Below, one piece after another: positions 1 through 13,360 of a stretch of DNA of 64,000 nt. The notes beneath the pieces were generated by a model. The model was not told where the DNA came from, searched no databases, and worked only from the letters and a program-made list of their open reading frames with translations. The position numbers were made by a program, and so were the translations under genes. Numbering within the stretch: the first letter of the stretch is position 1; every line of letters begins with the position of its first letter. Origin of the DNA: Octopus bimaculoides (lineage: Eukaryota); NCBI RefSeq assembly GCF_001194135.2, contig NC_068993.1, positions 50,272,869 through 50,336,868 on the forward strand, given 5' to 3'.

Positions 1-1029
1 CTTCCACCCCACCATACTACCTTCCACCATTTCTCCTCAATGGTTTGTTATCTTTGTTTTGATTTTTTTACAATCAGAATAAAACTTATTTATTTGTTTC
101 TTTCTTGTACAGGTATGTGTTTAGTTTTTTTTTTCTTTTTTTTTTTTTTAACCTGTATTTTCATTTTAGTCTCTTACTTCTTTATTTCTCTCCATTGTTC
201 ACTGATCTACAGAAGGTTTAGGATCAGTGGTAGTGCTGGTTAAAACAGTGGCACTTCCCTAGCCTCACCTTATTACTAGCCCAACTCCTGTAAAAACAAA
301 CAGGTGGTGGTGGTGGTTATGTTTATGGTCAAAGGATGACATATAACATAGAAGACCCAAACTTTGAACACCAGGTACAAATATTCTGACTAGCCCCCTG
401 TTTGTATTTATTTAGTTTTGTTATAAACCATTCCCTATTTATGGCTTATTTATGAGCCACACTAAAACCACTCACCCCTATACACTCTTCTTTGCCTATT
501 ACCCCCTGTTGTCTTACTCTTCTATTCTCTGCTTTTATTTTCTCACCTTAATAAGAAAAGAAGGATGGACTCCAGGTGAAATACTTAAAAAAGAAATGAG
601 ATAGTAAAAACATTAATGGTTGGGTAGCATAGGTGTGTACAGACAGCTAAGTGGTTAAGAGGTATGATTCACAGTTGTGAGGCCCCACCAACCCCTGTGT
701 TTGTTTGACCACCACTGCATGTCTCCTTGATAAATTGTATCAGTGAGACTGGTAAACTATATCCCTAATTCAAAAGGACCAGCCTTTGTCAGATGAAAGT
801 AGTGAAGGCAATATGTCACAGTGAATTTGCTTGGGGGATCATAATAAAAGTTGAAATGTATGCGGAATACTCAGCCACTTAGTCTAAAATAAAAAAAATG
901 AATAAAGGAATAGTTCTGTTTAATGAAATGCAAATGAGTTAAGAGAAATAACTCAGATGATCAATGGTTAATAGTTGTAGCAACAATGACAAATAAAGGT
1001 ATATTAAATATTATACAAGATAGATTCTT

Positions 1030-1184
1030 CATCATCATCGTTTAACATTCGCTTTCCATGGGTTGGACGATTTGACTGAGGACTGGTGAAACCAGATGGC
1101 TACACCAGGCTCCAATCTGATTTGGCAGAGTTTCTACAGCTAGATGCCCTTCCTAACGCCAACCACTCAGAGAGTGTAGTGGTG
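1030..1184 (-). mobile_element. SINE family A (RTE-type 3' tail ending in (ATG)n), 5'-truncated copy
   Basis: Near-identical to copies at 13089, 29810, 41960 and 53885 (GGAAGGGCATCCAGCTGTAGAAACTCTGCCAAATC core; GTTAAACGATGATGATG tail on the minus strand). Confidence 0.85.
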
Positions 1185-1964
1185 AAATTATCCCCACTTC
1201 CAGGGATCGTAAAACAACTGAGAAGAGGAGATAATCTTGAGAATTCTCCAAAATTCACACAACAGTAAGGAAATAAATCTGTCTGGGGCAAAAGGACAGC
1301 CAGGGCTGTCCGTCTTTGATAGGCATTGTCAGCACTGTGGATATGTTTGCAGTCTTATTGGATGTTATCAATATAGCATATTATACATGAGATTGCTCTG
1401 ATCAGTTGACATATTTTTGAGGCTTTTTACATATAGAAACTGTTATGAAGAGTAGAATTTTAGCTAATATAATAATTAGGAAATATGTTGTGTATGTGTG
1501 TGAAAAGTATATGTTTGTGTTACGGTCTATAAAGCCAATGTTGTTTGTATCCTATAATGCCCTGAAATGTAATGGATTGATAAAATGTGGATCAGACTAG
1601 GAGTGTATTCGAACTGGGGTCAATATAATCGATTAAATCCCTTTAAAATGGTGCCCCAGCATGAACGCAGTCAAGTGGCTGATGCCAGCAAAAAATATAT
1701 CAGAGAGAGAGAGAGAGGGAGAATGTGTGTGTTTCACAGATGATTACATAGGTTGAGTTGATATTTGGGTTCCAATACATACACACTGCTATATATAACT
1801 GTCTAAATCATGTTGTGGAGGTGGTGATGGTGATGTGGTAGCAGTGTTGTAGTAGAGGGGATGAAAAAAAGTAGTTGGAGGGAGTAGAAAACAAAGAGTA
1901 TATAGAGTGGTGGGATGAATAGAAAGAAGGAGAATTTACCTGAAAGCCCAGGGAAATGTAGAAA

Positions 1965-2078
<114 letters not shown>

Positions 2079-2408
2079 GATTTGGTTGATTAAATCTAGT
2101 TGAAAGCGCTTTAGACTGGTTTTCCAGGTCACTTGGCCCTTATCGTTATTATAAAAACTGAGTAAAAAAACAAATAAACCCCACCCCCACAAACAAATGG
2201 TAAAGATTCAAACGACATGACTGCCTGATTATCCACATGTATGTATGCAAACATGTATGCATGCAAATACAAACACTGCTTGCAGGATGGATTTTATTAA
2301 ATGTTATATACATCTTACCTACACCACTTCAGTAAGGCATTAACGGGTTAATAATTTTGTGAATGAGGATCTTTTGTATATGTGTTTATATGGGAGTGGT
2401 GTTTATCT

Positions 2409-2500
2409 GTTGTTGTTTAGTCCCAGGTCAGCTGTGATCAAGCTGACCTTTGATCAATAGCACACCAGCTATGACCATCTTGTCTTACGTGTAAATATAA
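2409..2500 (+). repeat. Degenerate interspersed repeat (family E; TTGTTTAGYCCCAGGTCAG...)
   Basis: Shares TTTAG-CCCCAGGT and CAGCTATGACCAT motifs with 54355-54520; reverse-strand relatives near 35200-35270 and 50900-50975. Confidence 0.45.
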
Positions 2501-2607
2501 GGAATCCAGTACCACATTTCTAAGAGACACTATACTGTTATTTGGGGAATTGTTTAACTGCATTTTGTAGGAAGATGAACAACCACATAGATTTCCCTAG
2601 TGATGTG

Positions 2608-2641
<34 letters not shown>

Positions 2642-2829
2642 TCAGTGAATGGAGTAAAACGCATATGTTAACTGCATACTTTTATTTCCAACATATGTTT
2701 CGAAGATTACAAATTATACCTTCCATAGGAATCGGTGAAGTTAAGAATGTAATCTTCTCTTCAGGGAAATGCATGGGAACCAGTTTAAACATAAGACATT
2801 TTAACCGAATATATATATATATATAAATA

Positions 2830-2888
2830 TCACCATTTCGAGCGTGGCCGTTTTCGTGCGGGTGACACGTAAAAGCACCCACTACACT
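2830..2888 (+). mobile_element. SINE family A internal fragment, cut by an N gap
   Basis: CACCATTTCGAGCGTGGCCGTT...GTAAAAGCACCCACTACACT matches the body of the 13089 copy. Confidence 0.75.
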
Positions 2889-3893
2889 NNNNNNNNNNTC
2901 TTGATGTATATAATATATGTAATAGAAGCATATATCAATGGAAAAATGCTGTATTTCTGGCCCTATCAACTTTTACCACAATGTAAAACAGTTAATGGGT
3001 ATCTCAGTGGTTGTTCAAGTTCCTAGAAAAAGCTGCCAGTTCTCCTTCGTACTACACCCTATCATCTTAGAAAGGAAGGCCTGGATATACAAAAAGACCA
3101 GGTGGAGCATATTTAGGATGATGCCTAGCTAACCTGTGGGGGGTGGGGGCTCAATGGTGACTTAAAACTCACAATGAGAATGTCCATTGTCATTATCTTC
3201 ATCATTTTAACTTTTTGTTTGTTTTGTTTTGTTTTGTATGCTTGTGATGATGATGATGATGATGATGATGAGCTTAGGTACATTCAAGAGACACCCTTTT
3301 ATAGTTCTAACCTTTCTTTTGACTCCCCTGCAAAATGAACCGAAGGGAAACAATTTCGATTCGCCATTGATAAATATAAGCCTTTTATGAATAATACAAA
3401 ACTTGAGTTCATATAGTGTAATTATGTATACATGTATATGGTCTCATGTGTTTATATATATATATATATATGTATGTGTTTGTGTATGTACGCACACATG
3501 TAGCATACATAGACATACGTAGACATACACACATGTAAAAGAAAAGGTGATATATTCGATACATGCATAAACATCTAAACTAAAAAGTAGGTTAGAGAAA
3601 TGTTCAGTATTTTGTGTGTGATGTGAATACAGAAAAATAAGTTATACTTTGTATGAGTGAGTGTGCATGCATGCATATATGAATGAGTGCGCGTGCAAGC
3701 ATGCGCGAATGGATACAAAAATCTGTCTATAGTAATGTGATGTCCCCCTGTGGAGAGAGGGTTATCATTCAGTGTCCCAGTTAGATTAATTCATCCTATT
3801 CATTGCAACCATTAAACTCTGATACCCCAACCCTGACATCCTCTTTTATACCTCCTGTACCATCTTCACTTTTTTTCTGCATCATCATCATCA

Positions 3894-3925
<32 letters not shown>

Positions 3926-4526
3926 GTTTATTTTATTTATTTTTACTTTTTTTTTTGTACTTCATTCTTTCATCCTAATGAGATATCTTCAGGTCGTTAT
4001 TGGCTCACCTGGCCAACTTGAAAGCGGTATCCTGAGTAGGACAAGCATGTATTAGATGGGTCACCTTTGACCTTTTCTCTTCGTAACCAAACCTATGATG
4101 TTTATAGTGTTACACTGTACTACATGAAAGAAGAAAGAACTTGGAATAAAAAAATGTTTTGCGTGTTTGTGTGTGTATACATACTTATGTACATACATGT
4201 GTGTGTGTATTATACACATATATAGATAAACCCTCTGGAATAAATTCTTTCTCTCTTTTGTAAACTCCAGTACACCTATCTCTCTCATTCTCTTTTGCTA
4301 TATATACATACATATGTATACAAGTATATACATACATACATACATACATATATATGTACATACATATGTATATTCTTCTGTGTAGTGTATACAAAGCCAT
4401 TTTGAGAGAGGAGGGGAGAGAATATAATGTACCCCCATCACAATATACCTTGCAATCAGTTCTAACCTTCACAGTTTCAATTCTGTTTCACAACCTTGCG
4501 TGTGCATGTATGGAGGTATGTGCGTG

Positions 4527-4574
<48 letters not shown>

Positions 4575-5045
4575 CTTGATTAAAAAGCAAAATTAATTTT
4601 AGTAAAATTCCAAAGGCTCCACTCCAAACACCCTTGCCACCACCCACATCATTGGCCAATGTGGGAGCCTCTGCATTGTTGCTTGACCTGTTACAAATGG
4701 CAGCTAAACCTCTCTCATATCATCATCTCCTACCAACTTAACAGAGTAAGGACACAGTTATTGAACAGTGTCGTTAGTCCTTGATATATATAGACTCCCA
4801 GATGGTCAATGCATGCCNNNNNNNNNNNNNNNNNNNNNNNNNNNNNNNNNNNNNNNNNNNNNNNNNNNNNNNNNNNNNNNNNNNNNNNNNNNNNNNNNNN
4901 NNNNNNNNNNNNNNNNNNNNNNNNNNNNNNNNNNNNNNNNNNNNNNNNNNNNNNNNNNNNNNNNNNNNNNNNNNNNNNNNNNNNNNNNNNNNNNNNNNNN
5001 NNNNNNNNNNNNNNNNNNNNNNNNNNNNNNNNNNNNNNNNNNNNN

Positions 5046-5105
<60 letters not shown>

Positions 5106-5749
5106 TTCTTGCACATATTCACATACACCCACTTTCTCTCTTATACCCACAGTCATGCTCTCACACACCACACACAAGTGGAGATATAAATGGCCATTCT
5201 GTGTGTGTGTGTGTGTGTGTGTGTAATGTATGTTTGTGTGTACATTGGTATGAAAACATTTTCCGTTTCATGTTCATTTCTTATGGTGTCCCATACTTCA
5301 AAAAAATTTACCACCACCCTAACCATTTTCCATACCACCCCATCCACATTCATATCCACAGCCACACTCTGAAATGCACCAACCCTAACTCTTCATCATC
5401 TGACTCCCCACCATACCTCTTCTATTATTAGACATGTTGTATACCCCTTGAATAATACTGCTAGTTTGAAATAAACTACGAGAAAAAAAAATAAATAAAA
5501 TAAACCATGGAGACCATTAGCTACATTTTCTGGTTAAGGGGTCTTTGGTTGTCAGAGGTATAGAACAGGACGTTTTTGGAGATGGTGGTGGCGATGGGGC
5601 GATGTTGATGGTGATAAATGGTGGTGGTGGCACAGTAATAAATCAGCTTTATAAAAGAATAGTCTGGCTTTTCAGTTTCACATAATTCTCTTGAATATCT
5701 CCAAACATTAAAAGACTGCAGTATTTACATTATTTCCATTGTTGTTCTA

Positions 5750-5809
<60 letters not shown>

Positions 5810-6445
5810 TATACACACACACACACACACATCACTTATATTTGTGTATATGCTTGGGTGTGTTCACATATGAGTGAAATGCAAACATACTGGAAGGGAC
5901 ACGTGTATTTATGTTACACATACAGACACATACAAAGTTGAAGTCTGTTGGGCTCTTTTCCTTACGCCTTGCCTTTGCCCCTGTATTTACTAACAACTAT
6001 CATCATCATCATCATCAATCACAGCACCTTCAACAGTCTCTTGTCAGATGAGACTGTCTCTGTAGTATTTTTCCTCCCCCATTGTTATTGTTTTTTCGTT
6101 TGACTGTTGATGTATACAGCCTAGGGATTTAGTTTGTTTAGTTTTGATGATCTTAAAAGTTTAAAGGTAACCGCGTGGAGGTGTGTGGTGTGAGGGCATG
6201 TTTCAGCAGTTCAAAATGGTGGGTGTCTATTGTGATAGTGAATTGATGAGATGACATTTAAGGGCCCCCAGTTTTAGCTACTCACAAAACTAACTTGCAG
6301 CTTCATTCACCGTTCATCATCGCTGTAATTTAAATACAGATAAACTGTATAATGTATTAAATCTACACAAATTATTAATTGAAGACACAACGTTCCCTAG
6401 GAGATTTATATCTGTATGTTTATACGTCTGCTATCATTACATGTG

Positions 6446-6519
<74 letters not shown>

Positions 6520-8339
6520 TGTATGTTTATTAAATGATTTTTATCTAATTAAGTAAAAAAATGTTATTTAGATGTTGATGTTTTATAAAACTTTTTTTTT
6601 TCTAGTAGCTTGTTAACCTTTTAATAACCATAGTTAATTAACAAATAAAAGTTATTAAAAATTATGTTTTGCATAATTTACAAATAAAGTTGAATTCAGT
6701 TTGAAAAAAATATAGAAGATGTAATTATCTTGAAATTTTAACAAATCTTTTTTGTTTTTTCTTCTCCCCTGCCATTTTTTTTTTTCTTTTTTAGTTCTTC
6801 CATTTAATTTATCTGCTCATGTTATTGGTTTACTATTTTTAAAAATTTTGTTTTTTATTTTGTTAAGTGCGAAAAATTGCAAGTTATGAGAACTGAATTC
6901 TAAAATTAAAAATAATTCCAAATGTTATTTATTATCAAAGAAACAATCACCAATTTTTATTTCTACATATTTTCACCCTCCTTTCTCCAAGGTTTACAGA
7001 ATGTTCCAGGCTGGTGGAATGTTGCTTTGATCTCGCCAAAATAATATTTATTCCATCTTTGCAACTGCCAGCCTTAATGGAATTTCTTTTGAGACCTAAA
7101 ATTTTTCAAAAACAAACATCCGTATTCCAACAATGATGGTTCCAAGCTGAAATCTCTGTTACGGCTTCTGGCTGTTTTATATGTTTGCTGCAGTTGCAAA
7201 TAAATAGCATCTCGACTACACTTTCGTTTAGACAAGTTTTTCCAGTGATATTTTCTGACAATATTTCAAGTGCTCTTCGATTGGCTGACTGGAACTGAGG
7301 AATGCAGTTCCGTCATTCCAAAGACACATCTTGTTGGGATCCCAATCTCTTTGAGAAGGCTGACGGTGATCGGGGAGTGGGGTGTAGAAATCCTCTCACA
7401 GACCTGTCCTCCCATCAGATCTGGAATGTGAATCATTGCTGCAGAGGCAGCAGTGGTAGGGGAAGGTAGGATAAGGTGGTGCAGAGTGGGGTAGGGTCGA
7501 TTAGGGTGGAGGCGAAGACGAAGAAGCAATGCTGGTGTTGCTAGTTGCATTGTTGGTGCATTCCTTCCTTGCATATCTTCACAGGTTTGGAGCCAGTGTA
7601 GTAATGAATGAAATGGAATTCTGTAGTAAACAACAGTGTTTTCCTGTTATAAGGCATGCACATGCAAACACTGCAATACACATACTGCATACTATACATG
7701 CACATACACACACACACATTGCATTACACGCATACATATATGCATTATATAAAGATATACACAGAGAGAGACAGTAAGCTGTAGAACTTTTATAAATATG
7801 CTGACACTGATGGCTGTTTTAATGGACAACATTTTGTAAATAATTGCATTATTTATTAGCTTTTACCTTTAATTTTCTTCAAAGTATTTTAGTGTTTGTC
7901 TTCAAATAATTTTCTTTATTATTTTTATCTATTTTTTCCACATCAAATAAACTTGGTTGGTTTTATTATTCTGCTTTTATTTATTATTTTTTTGTTTTTG
8001 GCTCATGTAAAAAAAAAAAAATGAAATATATAAAAAAAAACACAATCTCCTTAAAATTTACTTTTTCCAACATAAGTTGGTAGAAATGTCTTTTTTAGTG
8101 ACAGTTAAATGTTATCATGGAACTTTACATTGTAAATACATAGTTTTCAATTCAAATAGGCGGCATTCATTAAAGAACATATATACTTCTTGTGAAATAA
8201 TTTGGTGTGTTTGTGTGTGTGTGTATATATATATTGGAATGGGTAAGTGTTTGTGTATGTACACATATGAGTGAATCTATGTGAATATGTGTGTGTGTAT
8301 AAATGTATATGTACAATATATGTATATTTGTGTGCTTAT

Positions 8340-8384
<45 letters not shown>

Positions 8385-8553
8385 CATACATACATACATA
8401 TGTATGCCTCTTGTACACCTGATTTCTTAGTATGTGTGAGACAAAAGTTTATGGGACCAATCTTGAAAATATATGTCTAATGGTTTGCTGTATCAAAAGA
8501 ATTTGAATATTTGATCTTTTAATTGTTCAGTACACACATACACTCACAAACAC

Positions 8554-8606
<53 letters not shown>

Positions 8607-9197
8607 GGTCTTGAATATTGATGTACAATGTATTTACATGTTTGTGTCTTGTCAGTAGCATTTATATATATATATACACACACAAACACACACACACACA
8701 ATAGTTTTTGTACTGTCAATTTAACAACTAAGTACTCAACTAATGCCATTGCTGAGCTTAATTCTTGATCAAAACACTGAACTTCTTATGTCCCCAGTTG
8801 ATCTAACTGCAAGTAGTTGACCTTGAATGGTTGTTGTTTAGCTCAGATGAATCTGGGTTGAGTAGATCTAATCATAGAAAACATTCCAGCCATATTTATC
8901 CAATCTTTTTCCTGACATACACATAGTTCATTTCAGACTACACTATTAAATTCCTCCATTATATCAGCTCTCTTTCTGGTTCATACACGGAATGGTAAAG
9001 TTAAATGTTGTAAGCACTGGCAGCACTATAAAACTGATGAACAAGTTGTTTTCGTGTCTGGCAAAGCTGAGTTCAGGCCAACCTTTTGATACAATTTGGA
9101 GATGGACGCAAGCCACTATACTGACCGGCTTCGATGGTTTCTGTGCAGCCATATTCTCTGCAGTGCCCATATATCCTCTAAATGTATTTTCAGATTC

Positions 9198-9242
<45 letters not shown>

Positions 9243-9277
9243 CCTATGTATGCACTAAATATTTAGAGAGTAAGCGG

Positions 9278-9447
9278 TACAGGTAAGGTATGTGGTTAAG
9301 AAGTTCAGAGTTTTGGTTTTGGGTTCTGGGTTCTGGTCCCTTACACTGCGCTTAGACAAGTATCTTCTGTAATGACTTCAGACTGGTCAGTACCTTGTGA
9401 ATGGACTTGATAGACTGAAAATTATTTTGAAGCCTATCATATATGTA
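9278..9447 (+). mobile_element. Degenerate tRNA-headed SINE family B (5' half)
   Basis: TGTGGTTAAGAAG A-box-like head and downstream blocks collinear with the 62565 copy. Confidence 0.55.
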
Positions 9448-10713
9448 GCTGCTGAAGTCAAGCCAAATTCAGACTGGAACCTGGTGCACCTCTCCGGCTT
9501 ACCAGTTCCAGTCAAGCTGTCTAACTCCTGCCAGCATGGAAAGCAGACATTGAATGATGATGATCATGATTTATATATATAAACATATATATTGTCTGTT
9601 TGTGTGTATGTGTACAGTATGTATGTCTGTTAATGAGCATGAAGTTGTTCACAATGATGTGTACAATTTCATAGATGTCATCATCAGTTGATCAGAAATG
9701 CATTTTAACTTTAAAAGTCAATAGTTATTGAACATGTGTGTGTGTGTACACATTTATACATAAATGTAAAATTTTAGAATTATGAAGTCTTGTTTCAATT
9801 CAGTAGTTTGTCTGGAATCTTGAGATTCTTTCTTTTTCACACTATCACAAGAAAATTTTTTTCCCTATTTTCTATCTCTGCTTTTTTTTGTTGTTTGAAT
9901 CTTTCAATCCTTTTTGTATTCGTATGGGAATTGAAACCAGTGTTTGTTAGGGATCTCGTGTCTAATAACAAGTCAATGGACAGTAGCAGACAGTTTTCTT
10001 AAATCTTAGACTGACTTCAAAAGGACAGTCTACTTCTCTTTGGTAAACCAAAAATTCCATGCCGAAGAACTTCGTTAGCTTTTTGTCATCTTTATTTTTT
10101 AATTTTCTCATTATGACTGTCAGTGGAGCAATGTACAATCTTTGTCTTTCACCATTCAATTCTGTTTCATTCTTCTTCTTTTTACCGTTTTTTCCTCCTT
10201 TTTTTTCCATTCTGTGCCTTCTCTCTTTTATTCATTTTTCTCTTTTATCGGCTGCAACCCCCACTCCCCTCCCCCTCTTTTTTTATTTCATCTCATTCCC
10301 TTTTATCTTTGCAGTAGGAACAAGGGTTGATCTAGACACAAAGATACTTGCTCAAGGAGTAGAGAAAAACTTAATTAGAATTGCTTTGCAAAATATCATC
10401 TGTATTATTTGCTTTATGTATTGACCTAGAAGTGATTTAAAGCAAAGTCAAGATTTGAACTCAGTTGCTAGTTGATCAAGTTTAAATCATTTTGTCTGAT
10501 GCTTGTTCTATTGTTTCTTACTATTAAGATTAATAATAATAATATTTAATGTTATTTGTCTTTTCTGATCAGAATTTTTATTTATTCTATTTACTGTTTT
10601 ACAATTGTTTTTCCGTGCTTTAATGACTTGGATAGTGTTTATTAGAACAACTGTTTAGTCTTAACTTGATCCATCCAAGGTCACTGATATTAGCTAATCC
10701 CCTCCTCTCAAAA

Positions 10714-10870
10714 CTGCTGGTCAGGCAAAATGCTTAGCAGTACTCTGTCTCTCTTTATATTCTGAGTTCAAATTCTGCTGAGGTTGACTTTGCCTTTCAT
10801 CCTTTCGAGGCCGAAAAATTAAGTACGAGTACAAATTTCAGGCCTTGTACCTTTAGTAGAAAGGATTATT
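10714..10870 (+). mobile_element. tRNA-derived SINE family D
   Basis: TTCTGAGTTCAAATTC (B-box-like) followed by GACTTTGCCTTTCATCCTTTCG; (ATT)n tail. Confidence 0.75.
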
Positions 10871-10890
10871 ATTATTATTANNNNNNNNNN

Positions 10891-10926
<36 letters not shown>

Positions 10927-10965
10927 CTGTTATTATTATTATTATTATTAGTAGTAGTAGTAGTA

Positions 10966-11150
10966 GTACGCTGGATGAAATGCTTAATGGTATTTTGCCT
11001 GTCGCTATGTTCTGAGTTCAAATTCCACTCAGGTCGACTTTGCCTTTCATCCTTTCGGAGTCAATAAAATAAGTACCAGTTGAACACTGGGTTCGATATA
11101 ATCAACTCATCCCCCAGCCCCAAGCTGCCCTTGTAGAAAAAATTTGAAAT
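10966..11150 (+). mobile_element. tRNA-derived SINE family D, second tandem copy
   Basis: Same GAGTTCAAATTC...GTCGACTTTGCCTTTCATCCTTTCGG block, separated from the first copy by (ATT)n/(GTA)n and a 10-N gap. Confidence 0.75.
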
Positions 11151-11341
11151 AATGATTATTATTATTATTTCTTCTTCATTGGGAAGTATTGGGAAGTGGG
11201 TTGGGAGACATTTTAAGTGTATTTTGTATTTGTATATTTTTGAAATTTATGTGCGATGTTTCTTCACCACCACCACCACCATTTTTGTAACAATATTTAA
11301 GCAACTCTCTGTTATCTCTATTACTACAGCTAAAATTATGT

Positions 11342-11374
<33 letters not shown>

Positions 11375-11794
11375 TTCATGTGTATGTATGTATCTCTATG
11401 CATTTGTGTTTTGTGGGGGACCAAACTGCTGTAAGACTACTTTTGAAATAACCAAAGGGAAAAGAAATGCAAAACAAGCTGTCATTCCTCACTAAAAACT
11501 AAATCATTGTCTATATAGCTGTGTTTGTTTGATTCCCTTTGCTGAGAAGCAGAAAAGAAATACATCAAAGTTAGAGATACTACCTACCTACCTACCAGAG
11601 AAACCACCAGCCAACCCCTAATATAAAATCTGGGTTCAGACTGACAAGTGCTATAATAAGCAAATCATTTCATGTCAAAGGAAGACAGTGGAATGATATC
11701 TCTTACTCACTCTTCCTTCCTTCTCTATTACCACCAACCCCTTCAATGCCAACACCCACACATGCCTTCTCTCTCTCTTTTTCTCTCTCTCTCT

Positions 11795-11856
<62 letters not shown>

Positions 11857-12212
11857 CTCTCGCTCCTCCTCTCCTTTGATATTTTTGTTATATTTTTTTC
11901 CAACTGCAATCTCAGGCAACCATCTGTAGAACTTATCCCAGAAACGCCAACCATTCTCAGGGATTTCATTTTCTCAACACCCTGTTCCACAAATTCTTCC
12001 AGTAAAAAACTAGAAATAAGGGTAATGTTTAGTGCTGAAACATAAATAAAGAAGGAAAGTATGAAAGAAACAAATTATAGGGTGTGTGTATGTGGGGATA
12101 TTGGAGCCACACCCCCACTTCTTACCCTGCTCATCATAAGACTAAACAGCATCAAGCCATTTTCTCTCTCTCCAGTGTACCCCTACCCCATCATACTCTC
12201 CTCCATCTGTGC

Positions 12213-12448
12213 TTAACTCTTTAGCATTCAAATTACTTTCTCAAATATAATGCTTCTTTATTCACATTATTTTGAATTAATCAAGCATTATGTTGTATCT
12301 TAGAGATTTTAATGATGTGATTCTATATTTTTAGAATAACATTGTAGGGTAGATGTAAGACACTGGATTTGGTCAGTTTGAACATAAACCATGTAGAATA
12401 TTTGAATATTTGAGCCGAATATAGCTGGTTTAAATGCTGCCGGGTTAA
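12213..12448. mobile_element. piggyBac-type MITE (TTAA-flanked)
   Basis: Ends TTAA-CTCTTTAGCATTCAAA ... TTTAAATGCTGCCGGG-TTAA: imperfect TIRs bounded by TTAA on both sides, no ORF. Confidence 0.65.
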
Positions 12449-12675
12449 AGTCTGAACCATGTCCTTTTGTAATCTAAGTATTACAGGGTTACTTCTGATC
12501 TAACTATATATAACCCTCTGGCTGCCAAAATAACTTGTATGTTTAGTGTTTCTTTAATTATTTTCTTTGGTTTCCTGTAACAATTACTTCTTTAACTAAA
12601 CTTTAACACATCCACGCACACACACATGCATACATGCATTTGTGCATGTACACATACATACATGTGTGTGTGTGT

Positions 12676-12832
12676 GTACAGGCATAACCATGTGGCTAAG
12701 CAGTTCTCTTTAGTTCCATGTCATTTATGGTGTGTTTCTTCATTGCATAGTACTGTGAGCAGGTCCCTTCTATGGTCATATGCTGACCAATGTCATGTGA
12801 AAGGAGTTGGTAGATGGAAACTGGGGGAAGCT
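12676..12832 (+). mobile_element. Degenerate SINE family B head
   Basis: ATGTGGCTAAG head and TTGGTAGATGGAAACTG block shared with the 62565 copy. Confidence 0.5.
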
Positions 12833-13088
12833 TGAGTGCGTGTGCGTGTGTGTGTGTGTATAGATACATAGATAAATAGATACATACACACACACACATT
12901 CCGAATCATGCACACTCGTCTGAGTGTATAAATATGATTACATATAAATAGATTAGTGTGTGTATGTGAGTGTGTATGCGCATGCGTTTGTGTATGCATA
13001 CAGTCCTGTACACTTGTGTAAATATGTAAACATGATTATGGTATAAGTAAATTTGTATGTGTGCGTATATATATATATATATATATAT

Positions 13089-13360
13089 GGCTCCTGTGCA
13101 GGTGTCACGTAAAATGCATCATTTTGAGCGTGGCCGTTGCCAGTACCGCCTGACTGGCCTTCGTGCTGGCGGCATGTAAAAGCACCCACTACACTCTCGG
13201 AGTGGTTGGCATTAGGAAGGGCATCCAGCTGTAGAAACTCTGCCAAATCAGTTTGGAGATTGGTGTAGCCATCTGGTTCACCAGTCCCCAGTCAAATTGT
13301 CCAACCCATGCTAGCATGGAAAGCAGACGTTAAACGATGGTGATGATGATGATGATGGTG
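13089..13360 (+). mobile_element. SINE family A, well-preserved copy
   Basis: Body plus core plus CATGCTAGCATGGAAAGCAGACGTTAAACGATG(GTG)ATGATG tail. Confidence 0.9.

Noticed and set aside
9126-9177. Possible 52-nt minus-strand exon (TAG|AGGATA...GCCG|GTCAGT)
   Set aside because: Poor pyrimidine tract, and none of the three frames resembles a recognisable protein.
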